64,000 nucleotides of DNA from Burkholderiaceae bacterium. GTDB lineage: Bacteria; Pseudomonadota; Gammaproteobacteria; Burkholderiales; Burkholderiaceae_C. The position numbers were made by a program, and so were the translations under genes. The notes under the pieces are model-generated. The model was not told where the DNA came from. It saw only the letters and a list, made by a program, of their open reading frames with translations, and made no database searches. Where the stretch lies: assembly GCA_019234815.1 (NCBI GenBank), contig JAFALA010000082.1, positions 25,262 through 89,261 of the forward strand, read 5' to 3'. How positions within the stretch are numbered: position 1 is the stretch's first letter; each line of letters begins with the position of its first letter. Below are positions 8,683 to 15,548 of the stretch, piece after piece.

Positions 8683-9980
8683 CGTTCAACTCCATTCATT
8701 GCCAGTGGCGAGACCAGCACCTTGTCCACACGCTTGCCGTCGAGGTCGACCACCTCGAAGCGCCAAGCATCCCATTCCACCACGTCGGCCGTGCGCGGCA
8801 AACGCCCGAGCAGCAGCATGACCATGCCTGCCAGGGTGTTGTAGCGCCCACGATCCTCTTCGGGCAGTTCCTTCAATCCCAGACGGTCCTTCAGCTCTGG
8901 CACGGGAATCAGGCCATCCATCAGCCAGCTGCCGTCCTCACGCTGCACCGCCCAGGCATCGCCATCGCTGGGGGCATTGAATTCCCCCGCAATGGCCTCC
9001 AGCACATCGCGCACGGAGATCACCCCTTGCACTTCGCCGTATTCATCGACCACGAACACCAAAGGCGCGTCCGAGACCTTGAAATGCTCCAGCAGCTCCA
9101 GGCCGGACAGCGTCTCGGGCAGGAACACGGGCGCCTCCAGGCCCTCGTGGAGCGAAAGCGCTTCGCCTGCCAGCTGCCGCTGCAGCAAGCCATGGGCCGA
9201 GACCACGCCCAGTACGTCGTTCAATCCGCCGCGGCACACGGGATAACGACTGTAGCCGTGCGCGCGCAAGGTCTCGAGCATGGTCTGGGGCGATGCATCC
9301 ACGTCCAGCCAGGCAATTTCGGCGCGAGGAATCATCATCGAACCAATCTGACGCTCGTCGAGACGAAACACGTTGCGCACCATCTGGTGTTCGTGCTCTT
9401 CGATGACGCCGGCGTCCAGCCCTTCCTCCAGGCTGGCCGCGATTTCCTCTTCCGTCACGCCGCGCTGCACGGCATCGCGCAGGCCGAGCAAGCCCAACAC
9501 CGCTTCGGTACAAAAGCTCAGGAGCCTGACCACCGGCCGCATCACCTGCGACAACAGCTCCATGGTCGGCGCCACCTTGCGCGCAACGGTCTCGGGATAG
9601 ATCTGTCCCAGCCGCTTGGGGACCAGCTCGCCAAAAATAATCGTCAGGAAAGTGATGATGACCACCACCATCGCCGTGGCGGTGACCTCGGCCACGCGGT
9701 CATGCAGTCCGGTGTTGAACTTCAGCCAGGCGGACACCGGCGCGGAAAACGCCGCGTCACCGACGATCCCGTTCAGGATGCCGATCGAGGTGATGCCGAT
9801 CTGAACCGTGGAGAGAAACTTGGTCGGGTTGTCGTGCAGATCCATCGCCGCCTGCGCGCCGGATTCGCCGCTCTCGACCAGCACCTGCAGCCGCGCCTTG
9901 CGACTGGCCGACAGCGCCATCTCGGACATGGCGAACAAGGCATTCAGCAGGATGAGAAATAAAACGAGGGCTGTATCCAT
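8679..9980 (-). CDS. CNNM/DUF21-CBS-CorC_HlyC family transporter (hemolysin-family / CorC-like)
   Basis: ORF trimmed to ATG 9980. MDTALVLFLILLNALFAMSEMALSASRKARL (DUF21), a CBS pair, and a C-terminal CorC/HlyC domain (WLMDGLIPVPELKDRLGL...TLAGMVMLLLGRLP). Confidence 0.9.
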   Translation of the reverse strand: MDTALVLFLILLNALFAMSEMALSASRKARLQVLVESGESGAQAAMDLHDNPTKFLSTVQIGITSIGILNGIVGDAAFSAPVSAWLKFNTGLHDRVAEVTATAMVVVIITFLTIIFGELVPKRLGQIYPETVARKVAPTMELLSQVMRPVVRLLSFCTEAVLGLLGLRDAVQRGVTEEEIAASLEEGLDAGVIEEHEHQMVRNVFRLDERQIGSMMIPRAEIAWLDVDASPQTMLETLRAHGYSRYPVCRGGLNDVLGVVSAHGLLQRQLAGEALSLHEGLEAPVFLPETLSGLELLEHFKVSDAPLVFVVDEYGEVQGVISVRDVLEAIAGEFNAPSDGDAWAVQREDGSWLMDGLIPVPELKDRLGLKELPEEDRGRYNTLAGMVMLLLGRLPRTADVVEWDAWRFEVVDLDGKRVDKVLVSPLAMNGVER

Positions 9981-10080
9981 CAGGGGCGCATACCATGCAA
10001 TCGAAGCGATGCGCTGCAGTTCCAACAAAACGTGTAAGGGTAGCAGAAGCGTATGACAAATCAGACCGCACAATCCCGAT

Positions 10081-10908
10081 ATGAACTACATCATTGGCGA
10101 TCTTCAAGGCTGCTGCGACGCATTGGAGCGTCTGCTGCTGAAACTGGAATTCTCCCCGTCTCGCGACCACCTCTACGTGCTGGGCGACCTGGTCAATCGC
10201 GGCCCGCACTCGCTGGCCACGCTGAGGAAGCTGCAGGCGCTGGGCGGCGGCGCCACATGCCTGCTAGGCAACCACGACCTGCATCTGCTGGCCCTGGCCT
10301 GCGGCGCGCGCAAGGCCAAGCGCGACGACACGGCGCAGGAAATTCTTGCGGCGCCCGACCGAGACGCCCTCCTCGACTGGCTCAGGCGGCAGCACATGGC
10401 CAGGCTGGAACAGGGGTGGCTGATGGTGCACGCTGGGGTGGTGCCGCAATGGAGCACCGAGCAGACCCTGCTGTGCGCCGGCGAAGTCGAATCGATGCTG
10501 CGCGGCCCGGATCTGGTCGATTTCCTGCATGCCATGTACGCCAACACCCCCGACAAATGGAGCCCTGACCTACAAGGCATTGAGCGGCTGCGCTTCATCG
10601 TCAACGTGCTGACCCGGATCCGATTTTGCGATGCCAAGGGCTGCCTCGACCACAAGACCAAGGACGGCGCAGGCAGCGCGCCGCCCGGCTTTTTCCCCTG
10701 GTTCGACGCGCCCGGCCGCAAGACCGAGGGGCAAGCCATCGCGTTCGGCCACTGGTCAACGCTTGGCCTGATGCAGCGGCCCCACCTGCTGGCGCTGGAC
10801 ACGGGTTGCGTCTGGGGCGGGCGGCTGAGCGCGGCGCGCGTCGAGGCCGGCCGGGCACAAGAAATCATCCAGGTGGATTGCGAGCAGGCGCAGCGTCCTG
10901 GCGAATGA
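10081..10908 (+). CDS. apaH: Bis(5'-nucleosyl)-tetraphosphatase, symmetrical
   Basis: MNYIIGDLQGCCDALERLL...LYVLGDLVNRGP...LLGNHDLHLL...HAG...FGHW. These are calcineurin-like metallophosphatase motifs in ApaH order, at ApaH length. Confidence 0.95.
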   Translation: MNYIIGDLQGCCDALERLLLKLEFSPSRDHLYVLGDLVNRGPHSLATLRKLQALGGGATCLLGNHDLHLLALACGARKAKRDDTAQEILAAPDRDALLDWLRRQHMARLEQGWLMVHAGVVPQWSTEQTLLCAGEVESMLRGPDLVDFLHAMYANTPDKWSPDLQGIERLRFIVNVLTRIRFCDAKGCLDHKTKDGAGSAPPGFFPWFDAPGRKTEGQAIAFGHWSTLGLMQRPHLLALDTGCVWGGRLSAARVEAGRAQEIIQVDCEQAQRPGE

Positions 10909-10937
10909 ATTCTCGAATGAATCCCCGAATGGATCCC
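10902..10937. repeat. Three tandem 12-bp units (CGAATGAATTCT / CGAATGAATCCC / CGAATGGATCCC)
   Basis: Read directly. Starts in the last codons of apaH and lies about 80 nt upstream of tRNA-Ser. Confidence 0.8.
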
Positions 10938-11016
10938 AACACCCGGGCCACTCCCATTCCGCCCCGGCCGCCAGGGCCCGCCCTGAAACCTGGGTAGAAT
11001 CTGCGCCTCCAGACAA

Positions 11017-11106
11017 GGAAGCGTGGCCGAGCGGTTTAAGGCACCGGTCTTGAAAACCGGCGAGGGTTTGCGCCCTCCGTGAGTTCGAATCTCACCGCTT
11101 CCGCCA
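11017..11106 (+). tRNA. tRNA-Ser (anticodon UGA), CCA encoded
   Basis: GGAAGCG acceptor pairs with CGCTTCC. Anticodon loop is CT-TGA-AA. Long variable arm. Near-identical in layout to E. coli tRNA-Ser(UGA) as recalled. TAGAAT -10-like box at 10995..11000. Confidence 0.9.
11093..11106 (+). repeat. attL core (3' end of tRNA-Ser)
   Basis: CACCGCTTCCGCCA, identical to 20216..20229. Confidence 0.7.
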
Positions 11107-11158
11107 ATAGACGATGTAAGCCGTTGATTTTCAATGTGTTTTTTACATCGAGGCCACA

Positions 11159-11182
11159 ACACCCATCATGTAACCCATCATC
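11159..11182 (+). repeat. Putative arm-type integrase binding site, left (2 x ACCCATCAT)
   Basis: ACACCCATCATGTAACCCATCATC matches 20074..20097 at 23 of 24 positions, in the same orientation. Confidence 0.6.
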
Positions 11183-11327
11183 CAGAAAATGCACCTGGAT
11201 GCGTCGCGTTGACACGACATGCGGTTAAGGCCATCACTTCATTCGACCTGCCAGGCAAAGTTTCCGCCCTTGCCTGTCCTTAGCCTTGCCGGCTTCCAGG
11301 CTCTGCCATTGATGTTGGCTGGATCGA

Positions 11328-11693
11328 TCAATCTTTTCGCACTGCGATGGCTAGGGCGACGATCCAGCCCAGCAATGTCCAGCCAAGAAATAGATTGAGG
11401 ATGAATACCGAGACGCGGTTTTTCGATTGGCTATTCACTACGAGGCTGGGAGCGAAGTAGACATAGAGAATGAGCATGGCAGCCGTTCCTGCCGCAAATC
11501 CTTCCTTGTTTGGTGATCCGATTATGCATACCGAGAAAATTAGCAAAGCCAATCCATAGATGAATAGCTTGACTGCATCTACAGGTTTCTGATGCGACGT
11601 GGTTTCAGCTACTACGGGAGCGCCGCATTTGACGCACGCAGCCGCACTGGTGCTGATTTCATGGCCGCATTCACGGCAGTTGACGAGTGCCAT
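11328..11693 (-). CDS. Zinc-ribbon plus superinfection-immunity-like (Imm) membrane protein
   Basis: Trimmed to ATG 11693. CRECGHEISTSAAACVKCGAP (Zn ribbon), then TM helices ending FILNLFLGWTLLGWIVALAIAV, the LGWT.LGW signature of the Imm_superinfect domain as recalled. Confidence 0.7.
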   Translation of the reverse strand: MALVNCRECGHEISTSAAACVKCGAPVVAETTSHQKPVDAVKLFIYGLALLIFSVCIIGSPNKEGFAAGTAAMLILYVYFAPSLVVNSQSKNRVSVFILNLFLGWTLLGWIVALAIAVRKD

Positions 11694-11715
11694 TTGATGC
11701 TCCCGTTGCGTGAAC

Positions 11716-12264
11716 TCAGAATGCCTGGCGCACACCAATGGCGATGGACTGCACCGTTACATCATTGCTGACGAGTTCAGCCTTGCTGGTATCGAACGCG
11801 AGTTCAATATGGGTGGTCGGTGTGATGGCGTAGCTGCCCACGAGTCCAAAGTAGGGCTTGGTGTGGGTTTCGGTGATTGAACCCACGCCTGCTACCGCTC
11901 CCTTGGCTTCTATGCGCGCCGCCCCGACTCGCACACCCACGCCGATGTTGTTGTTCAGCTTCGCCAGGTAGGCTAGGCCCACCATACCGCCAGAGGCCTC
12001 GCCGGTGACATTCATGCCGCTAACCGTGGCGCCGGCCCGCCCGAAGTCGATATAGCCGAGTTCGCCCGCGAAGCCTTCTTCAAGTTGCAGGCCCAGGATG
12101 AACTTGAACGAGGTGCCGTTGTTGTTGCAGCTGGTGGCACCTTGGCAGGAAATATTCCCATGACCCAGGCCCACATCAGCGCTGACGTATCCATTGTCCG
12201 CGTGCGCACCAACAGCGATGATGGAAGCAAGCAGGCCAACTGCAGCAAGTGTAGATTTCTTCAT
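11716..12264 (-). CDS. Small outer-membrane beta-barrel protein (OmpA-like TM / Ail-Lom-OmpX-like class)
   Basis: Trimmed to ATG 12264. Signal peptide MKKSTLAAVGLLASIIAVGAHA, alternating beta-strand pattern, C-terminal ...IGVRQAF (terminal Phe). Confidence 0.8.
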   Translation of the reverse strand: MKKSTLAAVGLLASIIAVGAHADNGYVSADVGLGHGNISCQGATSCNNNGTSFKFILGLQLEEGFAGELGYIDFGRAGATVSGMNVTGEASGGMVGLAYLAKLNNNIGVGVRVGAARIEAKGAVAGVGSITETHTKPYFGLVGSYAITPTTHIELAFDTSKAELVSNDVTVQSIAIGVRQAF

Positions 12265-12420
12265 TTCGTATTCATCCCTGGTATGCAACGCCGGAATTAG
12301 CGTCGGCAAAGTCTAAGCTTCACGCACGCGGGCACTTTCAAATGGCATCCACAAGAATGATTACCTGATGCTGAGGTCATTGATGCCGCTGGTTCGCTGT
12401 GCAGGGGTGATTCATCTGTT

Positions 12421-12441
12421 CGGAATTGTTCGGAAATTCCG
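12421..12441. promoter_or_regulatory. 21-bp conserved element, copy 1 (CGGAATTGTTCGGAAATTCCG); contains the 7-1-7 palindrome TTCGGAAATTCCGAA
   Basis: Matches 13770..13790 at 19 of 21 positions. Lies 157 nt upstream of the OMP gene start. Confidence 0.45.
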
Positions 12442-12567
12442 AAGCATGGGAAGCCATTTGAAGTCATAACCGGTGTGCCCGAATCGGCGATTCACCATAG
12501 CCGACGCCCTTCAGATCCGCAAAAACTCAGATTGAAATAGCTCCACGAACCAGGCACCAAACCAGAC

Positions 12568-12828
12568 TCATTTGCGGTAGGTTCTGTTTTGCGCCTGGAA
12601 TGGCTGGCGCTCAATGTGCCGGAAAGTTATTCGGCCCTTGGTCAGATCGTACGGCGACATTTCCAGGGAAACAGTGTCGCCAGCCAATACGCGGATGCTG
12701 TGCTTGCGCATCTTGCCGCCTGAGTAGGCAATGATTTCGTGCCCATTCTCAAGGCGCACTCTGAACCGAGAGTCCGGGAGCACCTCACTGACGACACCGC
12801 GCATCTCGATCAGATCTTCTTTGGCCAT
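12568..12828 (-). CDS. infA: Translation initiation factor IF-1 paralogue with a C-terminal extension (IF-1 2 type)
   Basis: Trimmed to ATG 12828 (GGAGGG RBS). [71 protein letters not shown] aligns along all of E. coli IF-1, followed by the extra [15 protein letters not shown]. Confidence 0.9.
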   Translation of the reverse strand: MAKEDLIEMRGVVSEVLPDSRFRVRLENGHEIIAYSGGKMRKHSIRVLAGDTVSLEMSPYDLTKGRITFRHIERQPFQAQNRTYRK

Positions 12829-12914
12829 GCGACCCTCCGGTATGTGGGCAGGCGAATGCACCGCACGGCGGCTTCATCCTGCATGATTTTGGAATCGGCC
12901 GCGTGGGCCACGAG

Positions 12915-13130
12915 TCAATGCTGCTGAGCCCAGGCCGTGCCTTCAACAGTGGCATAGCGCAGGGCGGCACCAGGTGTGGCAAAGCTTGGCTTGAATCGCA
13001 TGACGCGATCCACGCTGGCCATGCCCCTGCCGGAGCGAATGGAAACTGACGCGACGAAGAGTCCGTCGCTGTCGAGGGTAGTCATAGGTGAGACAAGGAA
13101 ACGCCCCACCTCAATGCTTTTGTTCTGCAT
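12915..13130 (-). CDS. Hypothetical 71-aa protein between cspA and infA2
   Basis: ORF only; same strand as and spaced between cspA and infA2. No motif I can name. Confidence 0.45.
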   Translation of the reverse strand: MQNKSIEVGRFLVSPMTTLDSDGLFVASVSIRSGRGMASVDRVMRFKPSFATPGAALRYATVEGTAWAQQH

Positions 13131-13226
13131 GATCTTTTGAGGTGTGCGCCTTGATCGGCAAATACCGTCTTGGCGCGGTTTGGATTGAATGGGGGCTAGA
13201 GCAGCCCCCGCAGTGAACGTTGAAGC

Positions 13227-13439
13227 TTACAGCGTTCGGATGTTGGAAGCCTGGGGGCCTTTGGCGCCTTGCGCGACTTCGAACTCAACTCGGGCACCTT
13301 CAGCCAGCGTACGGAATCCGCCGTTGTTGCGGATTTCGCTGTGGTGCGCGAACAGATCCTTGGTGCCGTCGGTCGGCGTGATAAAGCCAAAGCCCTTGCC
13401 GTCGTCAAACCACTTCACAGTACCTGTCTGGGTAGTCAT
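13227..13439 (-). CDS. cspA: Cold-shock protein, CspA family
   Basis: Trimmed to ATG 13439. [22 protein letters not shown]...DLFAHHSEI carries the RNP1/RNP2 motifs. 70 aa. Confidence 0.95.
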   Translation of the reverse strand: MTTQTGTVKWFDDGKGFGFITPTDGTKDLFAHHSEIRNNGGFRTLAEGARVEFEVAQGAKGPQASNIRTL

Positions 13440-13769
13440 GATGTTTCCTTTGAAAATGAATAGATGAAAAGAACCACTCCGCGACCGTTCGTCGGCAGAG
13501 TCAGAAACACTCAAGAACAATCAGCAGGAGTGAAGCTGTAGCAAGCCGCTCGCAAGATGAGGCCCGGGGAAGACCGGCGAGGCTGCAGAAAAGACCTTTA
13601 GAGAAACGGTCTTGTGCGAATCCAGGCTTGCATTCTAGCACTTACAGCCCAGCAATCCGGCTTGCTGGCCAAAGCTGCCACTTTTGGAAGATACAAGTTT
13701 TTCGGATTCGCCATCCACGAAGGAATTTTCAGCCGGCTAAATGCGAAGCTTTCCGCGTAGAAACTTGTC

Positions 13770-13790
13770 CGGAATTATTCCGAAATTCCG
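13770..13790. promoter_or_regulatory. 21-bp conserved element, copy 2 (CGGAATTATTCCGAAATTCCG)
   Basis: Matches 12421..12441 at 19 of 21 positions. Lies about 330 nt upstream of the cspA start. Confidence 0.45.
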
Positions 13791-13891
13791 CCATCAGGTG
13801 AGGCGAGCAAAGTCCCCTGCCCCAGCATTCATGCGGCCTACAGCTCGTTTTAGTGGATAGGACCAGTTGCGAAAAAATGCGTAGTTACTCG

Positions 13892-14281
13892 CTACGGCGC
13901 GAGTTCGCGGGCTACGGCCGCCCAAGCCTGCGGCGAGCCTTCAACCGTCATGTCATAGTCGGGCCAGGCGCCGGGGTCGCCGGTCAGGTGCAGCGCCAGC
14001 GGCCACACTACACGCCAGGAATCGCGATCCAGGCGAAAAAGCAGAACGGGACGAAGTGAACCCGCCTGCGCAACGCATTGACGCCACCAGCGCGCGATTT
14101 CGGACCGCCCTGCGCTCGCATGCCGCTTCACCTCGATTGACCAGCCAGGCACGCCCTCAAGGTCGCTGTCTCCATCATGCTGGCGCACACGGCGGCGAAC
14201 ATCCCATCCGGTCAGGTCAGCAATCAATGCAGCGGCTTCACGCTCGCCGGACTTGCCCTTGTTGCGAGACATGGCGCTCAT
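13892..14281 (-). CDS. PD-(D/E)XK nuclease-like protein (Hjc-type Holliday-junction-resolvase-like)
   Basis: KGKSGEREAAALIADLTGW..(x)..DGDSDLEG..WSIEVKRH fits the G..ER...D...E.K arrangement. Its ATG overlaps the stop of the helicase-like gene. Confidence 0.5.
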   Translation of the reverse strand: MSAMSRNKGKSGEREAAALIADLTGWDVRRRVRQHDGDSDLEGVPGWSIEVKRHASAGRSEIARWWRQCVAQAGSLRPVLLFRLDRDSWRVVWPLALHLTGDPGAWPDYDMTVEGSPQAWAAVARELAP

Positions 14282-15219
14282 GGGCCGCCCTCGTCGTCCG
14301 CGGTCAGCCAGGATTCAACCGGCGTAGTCCGTTCGTCGGTGAAACGAAATGACCGCTCATCGAACCAGTACCGCAGCCGGCCTTCATAGCTGCCATTGCG
14401 CTGCTTTTCAACGGTCACGGCGGCATCTGGGAAGGACAGCGCCTTTTCGTCGTGCGGGTCCTTCTCAAGCTGGGATTTCTTTTCCTTGTTGGCCCAGACC
14501 ATGACCACGTTGTGAGACTGGTCCGTGATGGCGCCAGACCCGCGCACATCGTATTTTGTTGGCGGCTTGGTTTCATCCTGCGGCTTGCGGCAGTGCGCCA
14601 CAAGGTGAATGTGCAAACCCGTCTCTTGAGCAACACGCACCAGGTCGGTGACGAACTGTTTTTGCTCGTCCAGGCTCTCTTCGCTGGCGCAGACCATCAT
14701 CATCGAGTCAATGAACAGGTGCCCGCCCTTGATTTCATCGGCGAAGTACATGCACACACCAAGCATCAAATCCGGCGTGATGCGGCCCATGTGGTCGAAC
14801 AGCCAAAGCCGCCCATCGGTCCAGCGGGTGAATCGCGACACCGCATTCCGGCTAAGCTCGTTGCGGCCATTGACCTGCCTGGCCATGCGCGCCAGTGTCC
14901 GGCCGGGCAGCATTTCCATGCTGGCGATGAGCACCTTTTCGCCCTGGTAGCAAAGTTCGGCCGCGACCTGGCCCGTGAACATCGATTTGCGGTGCCCGTT
15001 GTAGCCCGCCCAGCACGTCACTTCGCCCGGTCGAAACTCCAGGTAGTGCCGCATCTTGCTGCTGAACATTGTTGCCGACCGCTTGCGGGAGCTAGGCTCC
15101 TGAAACTCAGCCTGCAGGTCACTCTCAAAGTCCCTGGCGCTGCGCACCTTGGCCTTGCATTCAGTCTCGCGCATGTAGGCCGCAAAATCGATGGCGTCCG
15201 CGCTCAAAATTCCTGCCAT
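14278..15219 (-). CDS. DnaB/gp4-like helicase C-terminal (RecA-fold) ATPase with an atypical Walker A
   Basis: Trimmed to ATG 15219 (AAGGAG RBS). Walker A-like GYNGHRKS, Walker B HLFIDSMMM. LVRVAQETGLHIHLVAHCRK and DVRGSGAITDQSHNVV are typical of DnaB-like helicase domains. Confidence 0.7.
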   Translation of the reverse strand: MAGILSADAIDFAAYMRETECKAKVRSARDFESDLQAEFQEPSSRKRSATMFSSKMRHYLEFRPGEVTCWAGYNGHRKSMFTGQVAAELCYQGEKVLIASMEMLPGRTLARMARQVNGRNELSRNAVSRFTRWTDGRLWLFDHMGRITPDLMLGVCMYFADEIKGGHLFIDSMMMVCASEESLDEQKQFVTDLVRVAQETGLHIHLVAHCRKPQDETKPPTKYDVRGSGAITDQSHNVVMVWANKEKKSQLEKDPHDEKALSFPDAAVTVEKQRNGSYEGRLRYWFDERSFRFTDERTTPVESWLTADDEGGP

Positions 15220-15548
15220 TGGGTGGCTCCTTCGGTGAGGTAGTACAACGTGCCAGCCACGTAGGCAAACACGCGCTTGGGGCTCCAATCCATCAGCACG
15301 GCTACGAATTCTTCGAATCGCTCGAAGCTATCGGCCATGACGTGGATGGGCATGCCAGTGAGGCAGCGCAGATCCGAACGGAGCGCCGACATGCGGTCGG
15401 TGTCTGGGATGGTCAGATGCGCGAACTGGGGCGTTTCAGTCGGCCAAGTGGCGTGCTGGCGCTGGCGGTCCTGGCCCAGTTTGACCCAAACCGCTTGCGG
15501 AGCCTTGCCGCGCAGGCGCATGGCAATGAGGGGTTGATGGCCGCGCAT
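15204..15548 (-). CDS. Hypothetical protein (replication-module associated)
   Basis: ATG 15548 shares one base with the stop of the upstream Rep-like gene (TGATG). The 3' end overlaps the helicase-like start by 16 nt. Confidence 0.45.
   Translation of the reverse strand: MRGHQPLIAMRLRGKAPQAVWVKLGQDRQRQHATWPTETPQFAHLTIPDTDRMSALRSDLRCLTGMPIHVMADSFERFEEFVAVLMDWSPKRVFAYVAGTLYYLTEGATQWQEF

Noticed and set aside
10173-11162. 329-aa minus-strand ORF spanning apaH and the tRNA-Ser gene.
   Set aside because: It runs antisense through a well-supported apaH and through a tRNA; composition is shadow-like.
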